Shown here one piece after another: positions 36,587 to 46,036 of a stretch of DNA of 64,000 nt. Position numbers and translations under genes: made by a program. Every line of letters begins with the position of its first letter. Positions within the stretch are counted from its first letter, which is position 1. The DNA is taken from contig JBDTZG010000018.1 in NCBI GenBank assembly GCA_040005235.1, positions 32,777-96,776 on the forward strand, in the 5' to 3' direction. The notes beneath the pieces are model-generated. The model had not been told where the DNA came from and searched no databases. It saw nothing but the letters and a program-made list of their open reading frames with translations. Source of the DNA: Acidobacteriota bacterium (GTDB lineage Bacteria > Acidobacteriota > Thermoanaerobaculia > Multivoradales > UBA5704).

Positions 36587-37528
36587 ATGAGCACCCCGCG
36601 CGGCCGGTACGCCCCGACCCCGTCGGGCTGGCTCCATCTCGGCAATGCCCGAACCGCTCTAGCTGCGTGGTTATCGATCCGAGGCAAAGGGGGCACCTTC
36701 GTCTGGCGCCTGGAAGATCTCGACGGTCCACGCACCGTGCCCGGAATGGCCGAAGCCGCCGAAGAAGACCTCCGTTGGCTTGGCCTCGATTGGGATGAAG
36801 GTCCCGATCCAATCGGTGGCCCCTACGCGCCCTATATCCAATCGCAACGCGCGGAGCTCTATGAAGCGGCACTCGAACGCCTGGCGAAGGCGGGGCGTCT
36901 CTTCCCCTGCCGCGTCTCGCGCGCCGATCTTGCAAACTTGGCCACCGCCCCCCACGGTCGCCAAAAAACGCCGCCCTATCCGGCGAGCCTGCGCCCCAAG
37001 AATCTTGAATCCGGCTGGTTCGGAGCGATGCGCGCGAACCCGAATCCCGACGCCGCTCTCCGCTTCCGGGTCGATTGCGAGCCCGTCTCCTTCGTCGATC
37101 GAATCTGCGGTCCAATCACGGAGCGGGTGGACCAAACCGTCGGCGACTTCGTCCTAGAGCGCCGCGATGGGGTCTACGCCTACCAGCTCGCCGTCGTGGT
37201 GGACGATCTCGCCATGGGCATCACCGAAGTCGTCCGAGGCCGCGACCTGCTGGACTCGACCGCCCGCCAGGTCCAGCTGATCGAGGCTCTCGGCGGGAGC
37301 GTACCGAGTTACGCCCACCTTCCCCTGGTGGTGAACGCCGAAGGCGAGAAACTTTCGAAGCGAGATGATGCCCTGAGGCTTCGGACCCTCCGCGAAAGCG
37401 GCATCGCGCCCGAGGAGGTTGTCGGGAAGCTCGGCGCATCGCTCGGCCTCCTCGACCGCCCGGAGCCCTGCCGGGCAGAGGAGCTGGTGCCGCTGTTCCG
37501 GTGGGAAAGGGTGCCTGGAGGGGATTAG
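36587..37528 (+). CDS. gluQ: Glutamyl-Q tRNA(Asp) synthetase
   Basis: GRYAPTPSGWLHLGN, RLEDLD, YQLAVVVDD, VVRGRDL and KLSKR; no anticodon-binding domain (313 aa). Confidence 0.9.
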   Translation: MSTPRGRYAPTPSGWLHLGNARTALAAWLSIRGKGGTFVWRLEDLDGPRTVPGMAEAAEEDLRWLGLDWDEGPDPIGGPYAPYIQSQRAELYEAALERLAKAGRLFPCRVSRADLANLATAPHGRQKTPPYPASLRPKNLESGWFGAMRANPNPDAALRFRVDCEPVSFVDRICGPITERVDQTVGDFVLERRDGVYAYQLAVVVDDLAMGITEVVRGRDLLDSTARQVQLIEALGGSVPSYAHLPLVVNAEGEKLSKRDDALRLRTLRESGIAPEEVVGKLGASLGLLDRPEPCRAEELVPLFRWERVPGGD

Positions 37529-37584
37529 CGGCTTTGACATTGCCCCCCTCCCCGGGTACCGTGGGAACCTGGAGGGTTTTGCCG

Positions 37585-38970
37585 ATGCTGCGACGATTTT
37601 CACTCCTCGCCCTCTCTCTGGTCCTGGCCGCCGCGGTTGCGGTCCTTACTCCTGCCGTGGCCGTTGCGGGCGAGGCGTCCCATTTTGGGGTCAATATCCA
37701 TGCGCCCCTGGGCGCCGACGTGGCGGCGCGTTTGGACAAAGTTCGCGATTCCGGGATCGGCTGGGTGCGAATCGATTTCATCTGGCCTTGGGTCGAGCCG
37801 GCACAGGATCAATTCGATTGGCATGTCTACGACGCAATCGTGGCAGCGGCCCAGGCGCGCGGGCTGTCGATTTACGCCACGCTCGCCGATACCCCCGCTT
37901 GGGCGACCGACGGTCCCGCCCTCACGGGGGTGCCGCGAAACGTCGACGACTGGACCGACATCTGCGTCCGCGCCGCCGATCGCTACCGGGGACGGATTCA
38001 GGTCTGGGGGATTTGGAACGAGCCGAACCAGGACCGTTTCTGGGCGGGTAGCCGAAACGATTACATCGAGAAGATCCTGAAGCCGGGCTCGACCGCGATC
38101 CTCTCGGCCGATTCGGGGGCGCAGATCGCCGGGCCGGACCTGGCGCACCTGACCTCCGGGGACAGCGATTGGTACGTCTGGCTGCGCGACATTCTGCAGA
38201 AGGCGAGCGACCGGATCGACATCGTGGCGCACCACCTTTACGACAAGGACGGATCGCGCGATGTGACCAAGAAACTTACCGATGACACGCAGTTCGGCGG
38301 CAGCCCATCTCTCTGGCCGCTGGTGAACCCCTCTCTCCGCGAAGTGCTGCGCAATACCGGCTGGCTCGGCCGTCCGGTTTGGCTGACCGAGACCGGCTGG
38401 GCGAGCGATCAGGTGGGCGACACCGCGCAGGCCGGCGATCTCTCCGGCCTGCTCAGCGATTGGTTCACCGAGCAGCCGGGGCGCGAGTGGATCGACAAGA
38501 TCTTCATCTACGAGCTGATCGACGATCCGAACACCAGTGTGCCGCGCTGGGGCCTGCTGCGCGCCGACGGCTCCGAAAAGACCGCATATGCCGCGGTCAA
38601 AGGGTTCATCGACCTAGAACAGGGGCCCGCCGACGCGGCGGAATTGGTGTCGGTCAATTTCCCCTCATCCATGCGCAAGGGGTCGACGTTCACCACGACG
38701 ATCACTTTCAGGAACACCGGCACGACCACCTGGACCCGGGCCGCCAATTACAAGCTGGGCGCCGGGGACGATTCCGATCCGTTCACCCCGCCGCGCAAAC
38801 TGATCGGCCGGCTCGCCAAGATCCAGCCGGGCAAGACGGTCACTTTCAGCTTCCGCCTGACGGCACCGTCGCGAACCGGCACCTATACCTCCGACTGGCA
38901 GATGCTGCGCGAAGGAGTTCAGCGCTTCGGGGTCGTGGTGTCCCGTGACATCCGGGTCACGGCGCGCTAG
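37585..38970 (+). CDS. Secreted clan GH-A glycoside hydrolase (GH5/GH39-like) with a C-terminal Ig-like domain
   Basis: Signal peptide; WVRIDF.W, WNEP acid/base, WLTETG nucleophile; C-terminal FRNTGTTTW...LTAP...G.Y. Confidence 0.85.
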   Translation: MLRRFSLLALSLVLAAAVAVLTPAVAVAGEASHFGVNIHAPLGADVAARLDKVRDSGIGWVRIDFIWPWVEPAQDQFDWHVYDAIVAAAQARGLSIYATLADTPAWATDGPALTGVPRNVDDWTDICVRAADRYRGRIQVWGIWNEPNQDRFWAGSRNDYIEKILKPGSTAILSADSGAQIAGPDLAHLTSGDSDWYVWLRDILQKASDRIDIVAHHLYDKDGSRDVTKKLTDDTQFGGSPSLWPLVNPSLREVLRNTGWLGRPVWLTETGWASDQVGDTAQAGDLSGLLSDWFTEQPGREWIDKIFIYELIDDPNTSVPRWGLLRADGSEKTAYAAVKGFIDLEQGPADAAELVSVNFPSSMRKGSTFTTTITFRNTGTTTWTRAANYKLGAGDDSDPFTPPRKLIGRLAKIQPGKTVTFSFRLTAPSRTGTYTSDWQMLREGVQRFGVVVSRDIRVTAR

Positions 38971-38996
38971 GTGAGCGGGAGATTTGGGGTAGGGGC

Positions 38997-39039
38997 TTGA
39001 CACGCACCTTAATCTCGATCATCTTACTCACAAATGAGT
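38997..39039 (+). promoter_or_regulatory. Putative sigma70 promoter with an adjacent palindromic operator
   Basis: TTGACA-17 bp-CATCTT followed immediately by ACTCA-CAAA-TGAGT. Confidence 0.55.
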
Positions 39040-39211
39040 CGTACACGTCCCTCCTCTGCCGAGCCTCTGTCTCTCTCCCTCTGTAGTTAGCGGGCCGGGA
39101 GCGCTTTGGCGCTCCTGTTCCGCGTCTCCCCTGATCTGAAGTCTTCCCCCCGCGAACCGCATCTTGCGACACCGCGAACGGCTCGATCGAGCCGGGAAGG
39201 AGAGCCTTACC

Positions 39212-40843
39212 TTGCGGGCCCCGAATACGACCGAGCCCCCGACCTGGGAGCTGATCTACAAGCGGAATTCGATCGAGCGGCTGAAGCGCGACAAGCCGGG
39301 GCTCGACGTGATCGCGGAGATTCCCGCGATGATCGAGGACGGCTACGAGGCCGTTCCGGAAGAGGATCTCGTTCGCCTTCAGTGGTACGGGCTCTACCAC
39401 GACAAGCCGAAGACCGGCCGGTTCATGCTCAGGGTGAAGACCCCGGGGGGGTTCCTCACTCCGGAGAAACTGCGCGCGATCGGCCGCATCTCGCGCGATC
39501 TGGGCGGCGACTATGCCGAGCTGACCACGCGCCAGAATTTCCAGCTTCACGATCTTCCACTGGCGAGCCTGCCGAAGGTGCTCGCCGAGCTTTCCGCCCT
39601 TGGGCTGGACACGGCGGGCGCTTGCGGCGACAACGTACGCAACGTCACCGGCTGCCCGCTAACCGGGCTCGACGCCGAAGAGCTGTTCGACGTGCGGCCG
39701 CTGCTCGAAGAGACCGCCGCGTTCTTCCGCGCCCGGCCGGAGTACTCGAACCTGCCGCGGAAGCACAAGATCACGATCTCCGCCTGCCCCCACCAGTGCA
39801 ACGCGCCGGAGATCCACTGCATCGCCCTAATCGGCACGATTCGCGATGGCCGCGACGAGGGCGACCGCCGCGAGGGGTTTGCCGTCCGCGTGGGGGGAGG
39901 CCTCTCGACCTTCCCCCGCCTCGCCTCGGATCTCGGCGTGTTCGTGCCGAAGGAGCAGGCGGTGGAGGTTCTCGCGGCGATCGTCGACACCTGGCGCCTC
40001 GATCTGCGCTACCGGATGTCGCGCGCCAGGGCGCGGCTCAAGTTTCTGATCGAAGACGTGGGCGCCGAAGCGTTCCGCGCACGGGTGGAAGAGCGGCTCG
40101 GCTACGCCCTCGAAGACGGCCCGAGCGTCGAGCCCGTGCCTCATGCCGACCCGCTCCATTCCGGCCTCCACCCCCAGCGCCAGCCGGGGCTTTGGTACGC
40201 CGGTTTCCCCGTCCCCGCGGGGTTGATCTCGGGCACGCAGCTTCTCGCCCTGGCGGACCTTGTCGAAAGCTTCGACGGAGAGATCCGGCTCACCCGGCAG
40301 CAGAACTTTTTACTCGCCGACATTCCCGACGATCGGAAGGCCGACGTGGTCGCCGTCGTCGGACGGCTCGGTTTTCCGCTCGACGTTTCGGCTCTGCACG
40401 GCCGGTCGATCGCCTGCACCGGCGATCCCTATTGCAACTTCGCGGTCGCCGAGACCAAGCGGCGGCTGGGCACGATCACCGATCATCTCGCCGCGCGCTT
40501 CGGCCCTGCCGTGGCCGACCTGGCGATCCATCTCGACGGCTGCCCGCACGCCTGCGCCCATCATTGGACCGGAGACCTCGGCCTGCAGGGAACGACTCTC
40601 CGCGAACGCGGTCCGAACGGCGAGCGGCGCCAGGGGTTCGATGTCTTCCTGCGCGGTGCCCAGGGCAAAGACGCGGCGATCGGCCGCCCGGTGCTCAAGC
40701 GCGTTCCGGCCGATCAGATCCATCTCGTCCTCGAACGTCTGGTCGCCGCCTTTCTTTTGAACCGCGAGAGCGGCGAGCGACTCCAGCAGTGGCTCGCCCG
40801 AAGCGACGACGCCGATCTCATCGCGCTCTACCCGGAGGCTTGA
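39212..40843 (+). CDS. Ferredoxin-dependent sulfite (nitrite/sulfite) reductase, siroheme protein; start uncertain
   Basis: TTRQN, GACGDNVRN, NLPRKHK; ACTG...C and GCPHAC siroheme/Fe-S ligands; located beside cysH. Confidence 0.9.
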   Translation: MRAPNTTEPPTWELIYKRNSIERLKRDKPGLDVIAEIPAMIEDGYEAVPEEDLVRLQWYGLYHDKPKTGRFMLRVKTPGGFLTPEKLRAIGRISRDLGGDYAELTTRQNFQLHDLPLASLPKVLAELSALGLDTAGACGDNVRNVTGCPLTGLDAEELFDVRPLLEETAAFFRARPEYSNLPRKHKITISACPHQCNAPEIHCIALIGTIRDGRDEGDRREGFAVRVGGGLSTFPRLASDLGVFVPKEQAVEVLAAIVDTWRLDLRYRMSRARARLKFLIEDVGAEAFRARVEERLGYALEDGPSVEPVPHADPLHSGLHPQRQPGLWYAGFPVPAGLISGTQLLALADLVESFDGEIRLTRQQNFLLADIPDDRKADVVAVVGRLGFPLDVSALHGRSIACTGDPYCNFAVAETKRRLGTITDHLAARFGPAVADLAIHLDGCPHACAHHWTGDLGLQGTTLRERGPNGERRQGFDVFLRGAQGKDAAIGRPVLKRVPADQIHLVLERLVAAFLLNRESGERLQQWLARSDDADLIALYPEA

Positions 40844-40845
40844 AG

Positions 40846-41625
40846 ATGCTGCGCGATTTCCTCGACGAGTACGAAGCCGGCCGCCTGGCCGCCGATCTCG
40901 ACGGCGCCGAGCCGCAGGAGATCCTGGAATGGGCGCTCGACCGCTGGGGCGCGCAGCTCGCGATCTGCACAAGCTTTCAGGCCGAAGGAATGGCGCTGCT
41001 CGACATGGCGTGGCGAATCCGACCGGACGTGAGGGTTTTCACGGTCGACACCGGCCGGATGCCCGAGGAGACCTACGAGGTGATGGAGCAGGTCCGCGCC
41101 CGCTACGGCGTCTCGATCGAGGTGCTGTTTCCGGACGCCCGCCAGCTTGAGACCCTGGTGCACCGCCAGGGCCCGAACGGCTTCCGCGGCTCGGTGCCCC
41201 AGCGTCTGCTCTGCTGCCACGTGCGCAAGGTCGAGCCGATCCGCAAGGCTCTCGTGGGTCTCGACGTCTGGGTGACCGGCCTTCGGCGCGACCAATGGGC
41301 GAGCCGCGCGAACCTGCGGAAACTGGAGATCGACCACGACCACGGCGGATTGACCAAGCTCTCGCCGCTCGCCGACTGGAGCGCGGAAGAGGTGCTGGAC
41401 TACGTGCGCGAAAACGATGTGCCGGTCCACCCGCTCTACGCCCAGGGGTTCACGAGCATCGGTTGCACCCCCTGCACAAGGGCCACCCGGGCAGACGAGG
41501 ACCCGCGCGCCGGCCGCTGGTGGTGGGAAACGAACGCACCGAAGGAGTGCGGCATCCATTGCCCGATCGAAACCGGCGGCTTGGAGCACGAGATCGAATC
41601 GCTGGTCGCCGAGGAGGTCCGATGA
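40846..41625 (+). CDS. cysH: Adenylyl-sulfate (APS/PAPS) reductase
   Basis: TSFQAE, DTG, CC..RKVEP, TGLRRDQ, SIGCTPCT, GRW and ECGIH; the CC + CxxC pattern indicates the Fe-S APS-type enzyme. Confidence 0.93.
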   Translation: MLRDFLDEYEAGRLAADLDGAEPQEILEWALDRWGAQLAICTSFQAEGMALLDMAWRIRPDVRVFTVDTGRMPEETYEVMEQVRARYGVSIEVLFPDARQLETLVHRQGPNGFRGSVPQRLLCCHVRKVEPIRKALVGLDVWVTGLRRDQWASRANLRKLEIDHDHGGLTKLSPLADWSAEEVLDYVRENDVPVHPLYAQGFTSIGCTPCTRATRADEDPRAGRWWWETNAPKECGIHCPIETGGLEHEIESLVAEEVR

Positions 41626-42143
41626 GCGCCATCCTGACCGCCCCAGCGATCGAGGCGAGACCTTCGTCGGCGCCCCCCGCGCCGGAGCGATTGGCGATTC
41701 CGGCGCTCCACCGCGGCGACCTGCTGGAAGAGTTGTCAGCCTACACGGCGACCGTCCACGCCTCGACCGAGCGTTCGGACTTGGCAAGGCTTGCCGGATC
41801 GATTGCCACGGGAGAGGTCCCCGGAACCCTCCAGGCGCCGCTCGCGCGGCTGCTCGATCTGTCGCTCTCGACCGGCCGCGCCCGCAGGCTGCACGGGCCG
41901 GAAGCCGAAGGGGCGTTTCTCGATCTCTACAAGAAGACCCCCGCCGGTCTCGATCTCGTCCGCCGCGCCCGCGAAGCGGAAACGGCGCTGGGCGCCCTGG
42001 TCGGCACGACGCTCACCGGGATTTCGATCGCGGGCGGCAAGCCCGGCAGGGTACGGATCGAGCTTTCGACCTCTGTCGCGCGGCTGACGGTCGATGTCGA
42101 CCGGTCCGGCGTCTCGGTCGAAAGCGTGGCGGTCGAGCTGTAA
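41622..42143 (+). CDS. Hypothetical protein in the sulfur assimilation operon
   Basis: GAGGAGG RBS; ATGA overlap with cysH; host-like codon usage. Confidence 0.7.
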   Translation: MSAILTAPAIEARPSSAPPAPERLAIPALHRGDLLEELSAYTATVHASTERSDLARLAGSIATGEVPGTLQAPLARLLDLSLSTGRARRLHGPEAEGAFLDLYKKTPAGLDLVRRAREAETALGALVGTTLTGISIAGGKPGRVRIELSTSVARLTVDVDRSGVSVESVAVEL

Positions 42144-42162
42144 GGCTCGGGAGAACGATGCC

Positions 42163-42816
42163 ATGTCGTCCTATCCGGTCACTCTCGACCTCGCCGGCCG
42201 TCTCGCCGTGGTGCTCGGCGCCGGCCGGCCCGCGCCGGAAAAGATCGACGGTCTGCTCGCGGCGGGAGCGCGCGTTCGCCTGATCGCCCCGGAACCGTGC
42301 GAGCGGTTGCTCGGCCTCGCCGGAACCGGCGCGATCCAACTGCTCGCCCGGACCTATCGGGAGGGCGATCTTTCGGGCGCTTGGCTGGTGATCGCGATCC
42401 CGGAAGAGCTGGAGCCCCAACTCCCCGCGATCGCCCGCGAAGCGGAATCGCGACGCATCTTTTTAAACGTCATCGACCGGCCGCCGCTCTGCACCTTCGC
42501 CGCCCCGGCCATCGCCCGCCGGGGTGACCTCACGGTCGCGATCTCGACCGCCGGCCGCGCTCCCGCGCTCGCCGCCCGGATTCGCGATCGAATCGCCCGT
42601 CGCCTCGGGCCGGAGCTTGAACGGTTCCTGGAGATCGCCGCCCGTGCCCGTGCACCGCTCGCCGCCCAGCGCCCCGATTTCAGCGAGCGCCGCACTCGCT
42701 GGTACGCCCTGGTCGATTCCGACGCCCTGCGACTGCTCCGCTCAGGTCGAGAGTTCGAGGCGCATCGCCGGTTCGAAGAAATCCTAGGAATCGAGTTGCC
42801 CGAGGCCTGGCCGTGA
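42163..42816 (+). CDS. Precorrin-2 dehydrogenase/sirohydrochlorin ferrochelatase (CysG N-terminal/SirC-like)
   Basis: YPVTLDLAGR..VVLGAG, NVID.P..CTF..PA and AIST.G.APALA. Confidence 0.9.
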   Translation: MSSYPVTLDLAGRLAVVLGAGRPAPEKIDGLLAAGARVRLIAPEPCERLLGLAGTGAIQLLARTYREGDLSGAWLVIAIPEELEPQLPAIAREAESRRIFLNVIDRPPLCTFAAPAIARRGDLTVAISTAGRAPALAARIRDRIARRLGPELERFLEIAARARAPLAAQRPDFSERRTRWYALVDSDALRLLRSGREFEAHRRFEEILGIELPEAWP

Positions 42817-43727
42817 ACACCGAAGCGATCCGCTTCGACAGAATCGGCCCGGTCGAACCGGGACGTCGCGGCCACGTCTGGCTGGTCGGTGCCGGCCCGG
42901 GCGATCCGGAGCTAATTACCGTTCGCGGCCTCCGCTGCCTGCGCCGAGCCGAGGTGCTCCTCTACGACCGTCTGGTGAGCCCCGAGCTGCTCCTCGAAGC
43001 GCCCCGGACGGCGCTCCGCATCGACGTCGGCAAAGCTCCCGGTCGCCACGCACGAAAGCAGGAAGAGATCTGCCGGCTGCTGATTCATCACGCCCGCGCC
43101 GGCCGCCGCGTGGTGCGCCTCAAAGGAGGCGACCCGTTCGTCTTCGGCCGCGGCGGAGAAGAGGCGCTCGCCTGCGCCGAGGCCGGAATTCCCTTCGAGA
43201 TCGTCCCCGGCATTTCGAGCGCCATCGCCGCCCCCTCCGCCGCGGGCATCCCGATCACCCACAGAGGGGTGGCGGGCAGCGTCGCGATCGTCGCCGGTCA
43301 CTGCACTCCAGGCGCCCTGGAGCCCACCGATCGCATCGACTGGCCGGCCGTCGCCCGGCTTGACACGATCGTCATCCTGATGGGACTCGGCCGCCTGCCC
43401 GAAATCGCCGCCGCCCTGATCGCCGCCGGCCGTTCCCAGGAAACCCCGGCCGCCGCCATCGCGAGCGCCACTCTTTCCACCCAGCAGACGGTGGTGGGAA
43501 CTCTCGCCACCCTAGAGCGATTGGTCGCCGAAGCCGGCCTCGAAGCTCCTGCGGCGCTGGTCGTTGGAGATGTCGTGCGGGTGGGGGAGAGAATCGCCGA
43601 AGCGTGCTATGCCTGGGAGGCCGAGGTGCTGGCGGTGGGTTACGCAGGAACACCGGTTGATCTACCTCGGGGCGCACGAGACGAGCTACTTACTCAAAGC
43701 CCGCTGACAATCGCCCAAGGCAGGTAA
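42813..43727 (+). CDS. cobA: Uroporphyrinogen-III C-methyltransferase
   Basis: [37 protein letters not shown] and GIPITHRG. Confidence 0.95.
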   Translation: MNTEAIRFDRIGPVEPGRRGHVWLVGAGPGDPELITVRGLRCLRRAEVLLYDRLVSPELLLEAPRTALRIDVGKAPGRHARKQEEICRLLIHHARAGRRVVRLKGGDPFVFGRGGEEALACAEAGIPFEIVPGISSAIAAPSAAGIPITHRGVAGSVAIVAGHCTPGALEPTDRIDWPAVARLDTIVILMGLGRLPEIAAALIAAGRSQETPAAAIASATLSTQQTVVGTLATLERLVAEAGLEAPAALVVGDVVRVGERIAEACYAWEAEVLAVGYAGTPVDLPRGARDELLTQSPLTIAQGR

Positions 43728-43729
43728 AA

Positions 43730-43757
43730 CTCTCCCGACCCGAACGGGCCGGGAGAG
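43730..43757. terminator. Hairpin between convergent genes
   Basis: CTCTCCCG-ACCCGAACGGGC-CGGGAGAG stem-loop. Confidence 0.55.
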
Positions 43758-43783
43758 CCGAGATCCCCGTTGTCAGGCTCCGG

Positions 43784-44998
43784 TCAGGGGTTGCAAACCG
43801 GAGTCAGGTAGTAATTGTTGGCCCAGATAAACGGCACCTGGTTGCCGCCGGGACCCGCCTGGACGAGACAGTTCGCGGTGTCGAACGTTGGTGTGATGCT
43901 GGTGCCGTTCAGGTTGTTATAAGCGATGTGCGGGCACGGGCCGCTCGGGTGCCAGACAGTCTTGTAGTACATGTTGCCGTTGAAGACGAACGGCGTCACA
44001 CCGGGCCAGGTGAACATGTAGCAGTTGGCCCCGTCATAGGTTCCGCCGAACGGACAGGGGTTGGCCCCAGGCGACTTGGAGATGTAGTAGTTGCCGCCCC
44101 AGATGAACGGGTTCGGTCCGCCATTGGCCGATGCGATGAAGCAGTTAGCGCCGTCGAAAGTCGGCTGGATGCTGGTGTTGTTGAGCATGTCCCAGACTGC
44201 GTTGGGGCATTGGCCGCCCGGATGCCAGAGAGGCTTGTAGTAAAAGGCGCCGTTCCACACGAAGGGATCGTTGCCCGGCACCGACCACATGTAGCAGTTC
44301 GCGCCGTCGTAGACGCCGCCGGAAGGGCACGGGTTGGTGCAGGAGACTGGGAAGGTATTCACCGAGCAGCGGAGCGCGTCTTCGTCGTCACCCTCGATCG
44401 ACCGTGCGTTGTCGAAGTAGTCGGCGCGCATGGTGGGCCGGTTGAAGATCGGATGCTTGTCGGTATGGTGAATTCCCAGGGAGTGGCCCAGCTCGTGGGT
44501 GGCGACCGCACGGATGTCGAAGTTGGTATTGCTGACCGTCCAGTTTTCACTGTTGTTGAAGGTGACGTCGGTTTCGACGATCACCTGCCCCGCGACCAGA
44601 GTCAAAGCGGTCAGAGCCAGGCAGTTGCCCGTGCAGCCGTTGCCGACCGCCCAGACCAGAGAGTTCGTTCCGTCGGTTGTAAAGCCGGCCCCGGTGTCTC
44701 CCCCGTGAATCAAGTTGTAGTCCGTGCCGGACACACCGTTCCACTCATTGATCGCATGATCGAGACCCGTTCCGGCGTTGCCGCCGATGCCCGCCGGGTT
44801 GACGTGCCAGACGATGCTCCGGATGTTCCAATGCGTAAAGCCTCCGGAATCATTGCAGGGCACCTGCAGTCCCGCGGTCACGGTTCCGGTCGCCGTGTTC
44901 TGAATCATTCGGAACGCGTGCGCAGGGGCCGAAACGGCCAAAGAGAGAATCAGGCCGGCGGGCACGAACTTGAGCAAGCGAGCTCCGACGAACTTCAT
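43784..44998 (-). CDS. Secreted matrixin-like (M10) metalloprotease with C-terminal Cys/aromatic repeats
   Basis: Signal peptide; HELGHSLGIHH; Met-turn PTM; four (Y/F)D(G/T)ANC repeats. Confidence 0.85.
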   Translation of the reverse strand: MKFVGARLLKFVPAGLILSLAVSAPAHAFRMIQNTATGTVTAGLQVPCNDSGGFTHWNIRSIVWHVNPAGIGGNAGTGLDHAINEWNGVSGTDYNLIHGGDTGAGFTTDGTNSLVWAVGNGCTGNCLALTALTLVAGQVIVETDVTFNNSENWTVSNTNFDIRAVATHELGHSLGIHHTDKHPIFNRPTMRADYFDNARSIEGDDEDALRCSVNTFPVSCTNPCPSGGVYDGANCYMWSVPGNDPFVWNGAFYYKPLWHPGGQCPNAVWDMLNNTSIQPTFDGANCFIASANGGPNPFIWGGNYYISKSPGANPCPFGGTYDGANCYMFTWPGVTPFVFNGNMYYKTVWHPSGPCPHIAYNNLNGTSITPTFDTANCLVQAGPGGNQVPFIWANNYYLTPVCNP

Positions 44999-45594
44999 TT
45001 TCCACCTCCGTCGGTACCCGAGGCGACGATCGATTGGATTGAACGGACCAGATCGGTGAGAGCCATGCCTTTCGATCCTCCAGGAACGTCGGCATCTCCC
45101 TCTCGTTCTTCGTCGTCGGGGATCAACGATTCACCGGCGGCCTGGCTTACTGCCCAGACAACGCCGTTGCGAGTCTCCAGATCGAACGCTCCTTGGCAGT
45201 GCTCGGCCACCGTGGTCACCGCGCTGGACCCCGGCAGCTTCTCCTCGCGCAGGAAGAGCACGTAGCTCCGCCCGGGGATCAGGTTGGCGCTTCCAGGAAT
45301 CAACGTGGTGTATTTCCCGGCGGTGCCGCCCATTTGCGTGATCGTAAGGGTAGAGCCGACCCGGCCTTTGAGCACTTGGCTGGCCTGAAGTCGGAAATCG
45401 GTAAGGATCAGGCTGTTGTCTTGGTTCCAGTGAGACGAGGCGCCCTCGACGCTGACGACCACGATGGTTCCATTGCCTGTCACCAAGTTGTTCAAATCGG
45501 CCCGCTTGAGAGTGAGAGCATGGGCAGGTACAGCCAGAACCCCGGCCAAGGCGAGAGCCCCAATGCCGGCCAAACAAATTCTTCTCGATGTCAT
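44995..45594 (-). CDS. Secreted hypothetical protein coupled to the matrixin gene (OB/TIMP-like, inferred)
   Basis: Signal peptide ending AHA; VLKG...T.TQMGG...G.SYVLFL pattern; 4-bp overlap with the protease start. Confidence 0.7.
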   Translation of the reverse strand: MTSRRICLAGIGALALAGVLAVPAHALTLKRADLNNLVTGNGTIVVVSVEGASSHWNQDNSLILTDFRLQASQVLKGRVGSTLTITQMGGTAGKYTTLIPGSANLIPGRSYVLFLREEKLPGSSAVTTVAEHCQGAFDLETRNGVVWAVSQAAGESLIPDDEEREGDADVPGGSKGMALTDLVRSIQSIVASGTDGGGK

Positions 45595-46036
45595 GTGCCG
45601 TTCCTTATTCGGTCGCTTCAAGCCTGCAAAGGCGCAGACCTCCGGCACGGCCTGGAGAGCGGGACTTCGATCAACCGAGTCCGCTCCCGACCAGGCACCG
45701 GACCTCGCGTCCTGTGCCGAAGAGCTTCCAAACTCTCGTGTGTGAACGGACCCTACTTTCGAGACATTCGCCCGGCCTAACCAGGGCGGTCTCCCATCAA
45801 ATGAGTTTCGGCTCGGCCAAATCGAAGCGGCGATCTTCAACCATTCGACCCGATTTTGTTCTAGAATCCCAACAACGGCCGGAGAGGATGCCCCCTCTCC
45901 GGCCGGGGTGATCACCGAATTAGACCTCGGCGCTCACGGACAACCCTTCACTCCCCTTGGCGTCGGCCGGAGTTTTCGCTTTGGACTTCGCCAAGGGAGC
46001 CTTCCCTCCGCAAATCCTGAGGCCGTATGCCGAGCT

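Noticed and set aside
39040-39210. SAM riboswitch in the sulfur operon leader
   Set aside because: Conserved SAM-I or SAM-II core motifs were not found by eye; only a single hairpin is evident.
39106-41625. 839-aa extended CysH
   Set aside because: The region before 40846 is an alternate frame of the sulfite reductase; cysH has its own GGAGG RBS.
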